Source of the DNA: Crocosphaera subtropica ATCC 51142
GTDB lineage: Bacteria; Cyanobacteriota; Cyanobacteriia; Cyanobacteriales; Microcystaceae
Length of the DNA: 32,000 nt
Assembly: GCF_000017845.1 (NCBI RefSeq)
Contig: NC_010546.1
Location: 4,650,001 to 4,682,000 of the forward strand
Direction of reading: 5' to 3'
Of this stretch, positions 25,821-32,000 are shown piece by piece; the first letter of the stretch is position 1, and every line of letters begins with the position of its first letter. The notes under the pieces are model-generated. The model had not been told where the DNA came from. It saw only the letters and a program-made list of their open reading frames with translations, and did no database searches. The translations under genes and the position numbers were made by a program.

Positions 25821-26272
25821 ATGGCAACCGATAAAAGTAAGAAAAAGAGCGAAGAAAGTTCTCAAGAAGATGAAAAACTCGATGATACTTCTAATAAAAT
25901 AGAAAATATTTTGCCACAAGAGGTGGCAGAAGAAATTAATGAGTTACCTCCAGAAGTTAAAAGAGCTATGGTGTTGTCAATATCAGGTAGCTTTTCTCTG
26001 GTTCAGAAATTACTAAACGCATAACTTCTGAACAAATTAGTCAAATCATTGATAGTAGTGATAAAGAAAATGAGAGAGAATATCAAAAGTTCCAAATTAG
26101 TGAATCGACAAAAAGATATAGTATTCTATCAATTCTTCTTTTAGTTTTGATGATTCTTATTTATACAGGTTTAACAAAAGATGTTCAACTTTCTGAAAAA
26201 ATAATTACAGCAGGAATATCTGCATTAGGTGGGTTTGGGTTAGGATATGGAGTCGGTAGGAAAAATCAATGA
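25821..26272 (+). pseudogene. Small two-TM membrane protein gene split by a -1 frame change (67-aa ORF plus a start-less downstream frame)
   Basis: Frame A stops at 26022-26024. A second frame opens after TAG at 25988-25990, runs to TGA at 26270-26272, and encodes ITSEQISQIIDSSDKENEREYQ...SILSILLLVLMILIYTGL...ITAGISALGGFGLGYGVG without a usable start codon. Confidence 0.45.
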
Positions 26273-26330
26273 TACTCATTATTATGAGTGAATCAGATAA
26301 TAAACGATAATAATTAAATAACTTATTATA

Positions 26331-27983
26331 TTATATATTTTTTTCATACACATTCAAATCAAAATTATCTAACGCCCAAGTTCCGATTAATTTTTGAGAA
26401 CTCTGTAAATTATAATCATTATCTAAAACCGTTTTAACCGCTTCTTTTTGTTCTTCTGTACTAGGTTTTCCCCAAACCGGACGTTGACTATCTAACCATA
26501 AAATACGTTGGTATTGTTCGGGATTTTTACTTAAATTTTTAGCTAAAACAGGGGATAAATTATTAGATTTCTGCGCTAGTAAACTAATAGGCGAAGTAGT
26601 AGGAAGATAATAAGCTAATCTTAATACATGACCCCACGCTTGAGAATTCATGATAATTAAAGTAGGGGTATCAGGTTGTTCATTAATAATATCTGCTACC
26701 CGATGAAACATCCAACGAGAACGTAAACCAAAATCAGCGATATTAATCCCTAAATATAATAATAATAACCCTAAAATAGCAATATTTTTAAACTTTATAC
26801 CTGCTTTTTCTATCCAGACAACTAATAATAATAAACAGCCAGGTAACACAAATATGACAGAACGTCCAAACCCAAACGCCAAGGTAAATTTTCCTGTAAT
26901 AATATCTATAGTTAACATTAATAATAAAGGAAATAAACCTAATAGCAAGCTAATTATTAATAATTTAATTTGATTCTTTTTATATAAACTCCAACTACAA
27001 TACAGTAAACCAATAAAAACTAAAAAGCCGAAAGTAGTTATGATAAAATTTGGTAGAATACTCGACCAATCACCTACTAATAAATGAATTCCTAACACAT
27101 CAAGAAATTCTTGTAAATGTTGAACCATTGCACTTAAAAAACCACCTTTATTTGAAAATCTCCCTAGATCAGCATTTCTCAATTGTTGTCTAGTCCCCCA
27201 CCACAGCCAAGGAATAGTAATAATAATACTACTAATTAAATAAAGTGCATATTGCCACCATCTTTGTCTGTCTAAATATAAAACTAAAACAGCAAATACG
27301 AAAAAGAAAATAGTAAAATAGTAAAATGTCATTAGCCCTGATGCTGCTGATAAAATTAATAAAACTGTCCAGAAAAGCTTAGATAATTGAGAATTATTTT
27401 TATGAGTTTCTGAGGTATTTAAGCTAATTAATTCTAGTAAAGACCAACTACTTAACAAAACCCAAAACACCAATGAGCCATACATTCTCACATTTAAAGA
27501 GTGAAAAAGATAATAAGGATTTAAACCCAATAAAGCAGTAAATAATAAACCCCCTTGAAACCCTAATAATTTTCTACCTAAACCATAAGCACATCCCAGA
27601 GAACCAAGACTAAATAAAACTATAATACTTCGCATTGCTGCTTGAGAATTTCCCCATAATCTTAACCAAAAATGCTGTTCTAAAAAGAAAAGAAAGGGAT
27701 GAGGTTCGGCCACTAATCCTTTAAGAAAGTTTTCAAAAGTAACAAGAACATCAGAAAAACTATTTTCAACAGGAAGGATTAATAAACGGGTATAATTAGC
27801 TAAAATAATTGGTACATCTTGAGGTGTTTGATATCTTGCTTTTTGTCCAGTGGATAATAATAAAGATAAGACCTCATCGTACCACAATTCTCTACTACCT
27901 AAATTAATAATTCTCAGAATTACAGCACAGGCGATCGCAGCTAAAAGAAGTATATTAATGATTTTTGTCGAAATTTTCATCAA
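26331..27983 (-). CDS. Glycosyltransferase family 39-like (ArnT/PMT-type, GT-C fold) membrane protein
   Basis: The 550-aa protein has >=10 TM segments, an N-terminal motif RELWYDEVLS (LWxDE type) after TM1, and a soluble C-terminal domain. Confidence 0.75.
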   Translation of the reverse strand: MMKISTKIINILLLAAIACAVILRIINLGSRELWYDEVLSLLLSTGQKARYQTPQDVPIILANYTRLLILPVENSFSDVLVTFENFLKGLVAEPHPFLFFLEQHFWLRLWGNSQAAMRSIIVLFSLGSLGCAYGLGRKLLGFQGGLLFTALLGLNPYYLFHSLNVRMYGSLVFWVLLSSWSLLELISLNTSETHKNNSQLSKLFWTVLLILSAASGLMTFYYFTIFFFVFAVLVLYLDRQRWWQYALYLISSIIITIPWLWWGTRQQLRNADLGRFSNKGGFLSAMVQHLQEFLDVLGIHLLVGDWSSILPNFIITTFGFLVFIGLLYCSWSLYKKNQIKLLIISLLLGLFPLLLMLTIDIITGKFTLAFGFGRSVIFVLPGCLLLLVVWIEKAGIKFKNIAILGLLLLYLGINIADFGLRSRWMFHRVADIINEQPDTPTLIIMNSQAWGHVLRLAYYLPTTSPISLLAQKSNNLSPVLAKNLSKNPEQYQRILWLDSQRPVWGKPSTEEQKEAVKTVLDNDYNLQSSQKLIGTWALDNFDLNVYEKNI

Positions 27984-28064
27984 TTAATTAACCTTTTTAA
28001 AATTATCGAATATTTGATATAATAATATAAGAATACTTATTTATATTTTAGTTTTTCTTCTCCT

Positions 28065-29216
28065 ATGGTTCAGCAAATAAAAACAATAAAAACTATTTTA
28101 GAAGAGATAGAAAACGATAGAGAACTATCCGAAAGCGATGCAGTTACGCTTCTATCTCAAACTGATGAAAGCATAATTAATGAAATTCGTCAAACTGCTG
28201 ATAAACTGCGTCAAAAACAAGTCGGAAACACTGTTACCTATATTATTAATCGTAATATTAACTTTACCAACATTTGTGAGCAACATTGTAACTTTTGTGC
28301 CTTTCGACGAGATGCAGGGGATGAGGGGGCATTTTGGCTAAATATAGAACAAATTATCGAAAAAGCAACGGATGCGGTGAAAAGAGGGGCGACAGAAATT
28401 TGTATGCAGGGAGGTTTAAACCCTCAAGCAAAACTACAAGGAAGTTCTTTGCAGTATTATCAACAATTAGTTATCAGTCTTAAACAAGCCTTTCCTAACC
28501 TCCATCTACACGCTTTTTCTCCCCAAGAAATCCAATTTATTGCCAGGGAAGATAACCTAAGTTATGCTGAGGTCATTATAGCCTTAAAAAACGCTGGTTT
28601 AGGGTCAATGCCAGGAACAGCAGCCGAAGTCTTAGACGATAAAGTTAGACGCATTATTTGCCCCGAAAAAATCAACAGCCAAACCTGGTTAGACATTATT
28701 AGCTTAGCCCATTCCCTAGGATTATATACCACCAGTACCCTATTATCGGGACATATAGAAACCACCGAACAACAAATACAACATTTAACTCATTTAAGAA
28801 ACTTACAAAAAACAGCGATTGACAAAAATTATTCAGCTAGAATAACAGAATTTATCATCTTACCTTTTGTGGGAAAAGATGCCCCTTTAGCTCTACGAAA
28901 CCGTGTCAAACGAGATCAACCCAGTCTAAAAGATACCTTATTACTAACAGCAGTATCTCGACTTTTCCTAGGAAAATGGATACCTAATCATCAACCCAGT
29001 TGGGTAAAATTGGGCTTAAACGGTGCAACCGAAGCCTTACGATGGGGGTGTAATGATATTGGCGGAACCCTCATGGAAGAACATATTACTACGATGGCAG
29101 GGGCAATGGGAGGAACCTGTATGGAAGTCGAAACCCTACAACAAGCGATCGCCTCTTTGAACCGTACCTATCAACAACGGAGTACCTTGTATGAAAACTT
29201 GAGTTCGCAGTTCTGA
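28065..29216 (+). CDS. cofH: Radical SAM enzyme, FO (7,8-didemethyl-8-hydroxy-5-deazariboflavin) synthase subunit CofH-like
   Basis: [19 protein letters not shown] carries the CxxxCxxC radical SAM cluster in a CofH/MqnC/MqnE-type context. CofH is preferred because cyanobacteria make phylloquinone by the classical men pathway and use FO for photolyase. Confidence 0.65.
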   Translation: MVQQIKTIKTILEEIENDRELSESDAVTLLSQTDESIINEIRQTADKLRQKQVGNTVTYIINRNINFTNICEQHCNFCAFRRDAGDEGAFWLNIEQIIEKATDAVKRGATEICMQGGLNPQAKLQGSSLQYYQQLVISLKQAFPNLHLHAFSPQEIQFIAREDNLSYAEVIIALKNAGLGSMPGTAAEVLDDKVRRIICPEKINSQTWLDIISLAHSLGLYTTSTLLSGHIETTEQQIQHLTHLRNLQKTAIDKNYSARITEFIILPFVGKDAPLALRNRVKRDQPSLKDTLLLTAVSRLFLGKWIPNHQPSWVKLGLNGATEALRWGCNDIGGTLMEEHITTMAGAMGGTCMEVETLQQAIASLNRTYQQRSTLYENLSSQF

Positions 29217-29348
29217 TTTTCTCTAGGAGATTATCAAAGTATGAGTAAAACGGGGAACTTTTAGCTATCTTTTCTCATCCTATGGAACTAGACTATTTAC
29301 CCGACTAGGCTACGGAGTCATCTTAAATCTGAGAGTCAAAAACCATTA

Positions 29349-30509
29349 ATGTTAAGGTACTTTATCCCCATTCTTGATCCAACGGTAGAAGACTGGTCTA
29401 GAGAAGCCCGCTTTTTACGCTGGTTAACCTTTCTTTGGCTATCTCTAGGGTTAATTGCCCTATTTTCTGCTTCTTATCCCGTGGCTTTAGCAGAAACTGG
29501 GAACGGTTGGTACTATGTGATTCGTCAAACCATTTGGATTTGGATCGGGTTACAAGGGTTTAACTTAATTGTGCGATCGCCCCTACAATACCTGATTAAA
29601 CTTGCCCCTTGGTGCATTTTTCTTCTACTCGGATTAATTTTATCCACCCTAGTTCCGGGGTTAGGCCACGAAGTCTATGGGGCCACCCGTTGGATTAAAT
29701 TAGGTCCCGTTTTGATCCAACCCTCAGAACTCATGAAACCCTTTTTAGTCTTACAAAGTGCCTACATTTTCGGCTTTTGGCATCGTCATTCTTGGCGAGT
29801 GAGACTGCAATGGGTGGGCATTTTTGGGGTTATATTAGCTGCGATTTTATTACAACCGAATTTAAGTACCACCGCCTTATGTGGTATGAGTTTATGGTTA
29901 ATTGCCCTGGCATCTGGTATTCCCATGATGTATTTAACCACCACTGCGTTAGGGGGTTTATTAACGGCTTTTGTTAGCATTAGTTTACGGGAATATCAAC
30001 GGAAACGGATCACCGCTTTTCTTGATCCCTGGGCCGACCCGTTAGGTAATGGTTATCAGTTAGTACAAAGTTTAATGGCGGTGGGATCAGGGGGAACCTT
30101 TGGGGTAGGATATGGCCAGTCTGTGCAGAAATTATTTTATCTTCCTATTCAATACACCGATTTTATTTTTTCGGTATATGCCGAAGAATTTGGCTTTGTG
30201 GGTAGCATTCTCTTACTTTTACTATTATTTACTTATACAACCTTTGCCTTAAGAGTTGCCCTTAACTGTCTTCATCGGGTGAAACGTTTAATTGCTATTG
30301 GTGTGATGGTGATGATGGTGGGCCAAGCATTATTAAATATTGGGGTTGCTACCGGGGCTTTACCGACGACCGGTTTACCCTTTCCTTTATGGAGTTATGG
30401 GGGAAGTTCTACCCTAGCAAGTCTAACCCTAGCAGCTTTATTAATTCGTGTGGCTAGGGAAAGTAACGAAGCAGAAATTCTCCCCTGGAAGAAAACAGTT
30501 AATAGTTAA
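29349..30509 (+). CDS. ftsW: FtsW/RodA/SpoVE (SEDS) family cell division protein, FtsW-like
   Basis: It has 10 TM segments and the motifs QPSELMKP, GYQLVQSLMAVGSGGTFGVGYG, TDFIFSVYAEEFGFVGS and LPTTGLPFPLWSYGGSS. Confidence 0.85.
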   Translation: MLRYFIPILDPTVEDWSREARFLRWLTFLWLSLGLIALFSASYPVALAETGNGWYYVIRQTIWIWIGLQGFNLIVRSPLQYLIKLAPWCIFLLLGLILSTLVPGLGHEVYGATRWIKLGPVLIQPSELMKPFLVLQSAYIFGFWHRHSWRVRLQWVGIFGVILAAILLQPNLSTTALCGMSLWLIALASGIPMMYLTTTALGGLLTAFVSISLREYQRKRITAFLDPWADPLGNGYQLVQSLMAVGSGGTFGVGYGQSVQKLFYLPIQYTDFIFSVYAEEFGFVGSILLLLLLFTYTTFALRVALNCLHRVKRLIAIGVMVMMVGQALLNIGVATGALPTTGLPFPLWSYGGSSTLASLTLAALLIRVARESNEAEILPWKKTVNS

Positions 30510-30518
30510 CAGTTACCA

Positions 30519-30746
30519 TTAAGGGGCATTTTCTGCTTGTTTTAGGATTAAACGATTGGTTTGATCCATATGGGTTTTTATACCACTATTTTCTTTATTA
30601 TTGATAATGTAGGTGAGGCTAAAACTAAGTAATCCTACTATAATCAAATAGAATAAATAATGACATAAAATTGTCAAATAATCACTAGGATGGTCTAACA
30701 TTGTCAATTCCCTCCTCAACGAAGTTAGGAAGATACGATTGCTCAA
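30519..30746 (-). CDS. Hypothetical small membrane protein (weak call)
   Basis: TTG-initiated ORF with an internal ATG at 30701 that would give 60 aa. It has one hydrophobic segment and no recognised family. Confidence 0.25.
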   Translation of the reverse strand: MSNRIFLTSLRRELTMLDHPSDYLTILCHYLFYLIIVGLLSFSLTYIINNKENSGIKTHMDQTNRLILKQAENAP

Positions 30747-30854
30747 TACTATTATAATTCCTTCACTTCTCCAAGTTCAGGGATAGGTTACGATTTTTAA
30801 TCAATTTCTCTGATGATTCAACCCATTAGAGCATTCTCGACTTCATTTTTTTTC

Positions 30855-32000
30855 TTACATTACATAGTCAATCACCTCTTGATTCGATAATTTAACTAAG
30901 CGATCGCCTTGACCATCTTTACCCCAAATTTTCACATCTTTGGCTACTATATTCAGGGTTTTCTTTTGGTTGGTTAGCAAGGTAATATCTTTTGAGTCTG
31001 AAGCCCGAATCATCCCCAATAAACTATCATTTTTATGGGTAAATTGTAAGGCTTGTGTACCAATATCCCCTAATTTTGTCATCCGTAACCCTGTCACGTT
31101 TAGCCGTTTACCATAGCCCAATTTTGACACTAATAAAACTATCTTATTATCATCAAGGGTCACACAACCAATAATGGTTTCTCCATAGCGTAATTTTAGG
31201 GCTTGATTTCCTTGAGCATTACGACCCATAATAGGAATCACTTCATCAACCACAGGGAAGCGTAACACTCGGCCACTGGACATGGCGATCGCGACTTCTT
31301 CCCCTTCTTTTGTGATAGAAACCGACTCTAAACCATCTTGATCTTTGAGTTTAATTAACACTAATCCTCGATTGGTTAACCCTGCTAATTCTGATAATTG
31401 AATTCGTTTGATTTTTCCTTGATTTGTTAGTAATAATAAATCCTTATTTTCTGTGTTATCTGATAAGAAGAAAAGAGAAACAACTTTTTTACTATCCCGT
31501 TGTGCGCTTTTGGGTAATAAACTCAGCAATGGAATGGGTTGAATTTCAATGGGGGGAACATCCGCAACATTTACAGGGTAAGCCTTGCCGATATCGGTAA
31601 TAACAATAAATTGCTCCCTTTCTTGAATCGGTTCGCTGTAAATCGGGACATGATTATCAGGAACCTTAGTATCAGGCGATCGCCAGCAAATCGTCCCTTG
31701 ATAAGTCATTTCTAAGATGGCATTTTTTGGCGGAGTTTGAGGGGTAAACAGACTAAAGGGTTGACTTGTTGTATCTGGTTCTCTGTTTGATATTGAGGTG
31801 GTTTTATTTTGATCACTACTTTGTTTTTTAGCGGTTTGTGTTGCTTTAGATTGGCTTTTTTGGGCAGTGGGTTGCACGATACGAGTCCGTCTTTCATCGC
31901 CGTATTTCCGTTTCAGCGATCGCAGTTCTTTCTTTAAGACTTTTAAGAATTCAGGACGATTATTTAACAGGTTTTCTAACTCGTTGATTCTCCCTTGTAA
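30855..32000 (-). CDS. GyrA/ParC-family type IIA topoisomerase subunit A paralog, C-terminal part (partial; continues past the window end)
   Basis: The frame stays open from 31877 up to 32000 and reads LQGRINELENLLNNRPEFLKVLKKELRSLKRKYGDERRTRI, the conserved end of the GyrA/ParC N-terminal region. A Q/K/T/S-rich linker follows, then beta-pinwheel blades (LLLLTNQGKIKR, VAIAMSSGRVLRF, IVLLVSKLGYGKR, ITLLTNQKK). Confidence 0.8.
   Translation of the reverse strand, partial: LQGRINELENLLNNRPEFLKVLKKELRSLKRKYGDERRTRIVQPTAQKSQSKATQTAKKQSSDQNKTTSISNREPDTTSQPFSLFTPQTPPKNAILEMTYQGTICWRSPDTKVPDNHVPIYSEPIQEREQFIVITDIGKAYPVNVADVPPIEIQPIPLLSLLPKSAQRDSKKVVSLFFLSDNTENKDLLLLTNQGKIKRIQLSELAGLTNRGLVLIKLKDQDGLESVSITKEGEEVAIAMSSGRVLRFPVVDEVIPIMGRNAQGNQALKLRYGETIIGCVTLDDNKIVLLVSKLGYGKRLNVTGLRMTKLGDIGTQALQFTHKNDSLLGMIRASDSKDITLLTNQKKTLNIVAKDVKIWGKDGQGDRLVKLSNQEVIDYVM

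Noticed and set aside
28562-28765. 67-aa minus-strand ORF inside the cofH-like gene
   Set aside because: It is an antisense shadow ORF.
29777-29980. Overlapping + and - strand ORFs (29777-29977, 29786-29980) inside ftsW
   Set aside because: Both lie in alternative frames of a well-supported SEDS gene and have no independent signals.
31712-31897. 61-aa minus-strand ORF overlapping the GyrA-like gene, and the track's apparent start of that gene at 31877
   Set aside because: The GyrA-like frame stays open to the window edge and encodes the conserved ...KYGDERRTRI segment. The GTG at 31877 is therefore internal, and the 61-aa ORF is an alternative-frame artefact.

Overview
This is a chromosomal segment from a low-GC unicellular cyanobacterium. 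The evidence is psbK, the chlL/chlN genes of dark-operative protochlorophyllide reductase, a 600-aa aspartokinase with a doubled ACT region, many HIP1 octamers (GCGATCGC) and heptanucleotide tandem repeats at gene ends. By feel it belongs to the Cyanothece/Crocosphaera group, but that cannot be proven here. Most of the window is housekeeping: shc, lysC, psbK, rph, infC, chlL, chlN, ftsW, a cofH-like radical-SAM gene, a LivF/NatE-type ABC ATPase, a ferredoxin, an SDR and a partial GyrA/ParC-like gene. AT-rich accessory patches lacking HIP1 sit between these genes. The best candidate for something new is at 2306-4495. There a complete C5 cytosine methyltransferase is read in one frame with a ~370-aa module that carries a D...ExK nuclease-like motif. 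An A7 homopolymer sits exactly at the domain junction, and the locus is bracketed by inverted arrays of one heptamer repeat. Other points worth a second look: a HisD paralog that seems to have lost its catalytic and Zn-binding histidines; a 333-bp in-frame tandem duplication with mosaic identity inside a 681-aa membrane protein; a GC-rich double-hairpin element 3' of lysC; a small ORF translationally coupled between chlL and chlN; a frameshift-split small membrane-protein gene; and psbK, which is too short for the supplied ORF track. I found no tRNA, rRNA, CRISPR array or transposase. All calls come from reading motifs by eye; no database search was possible.
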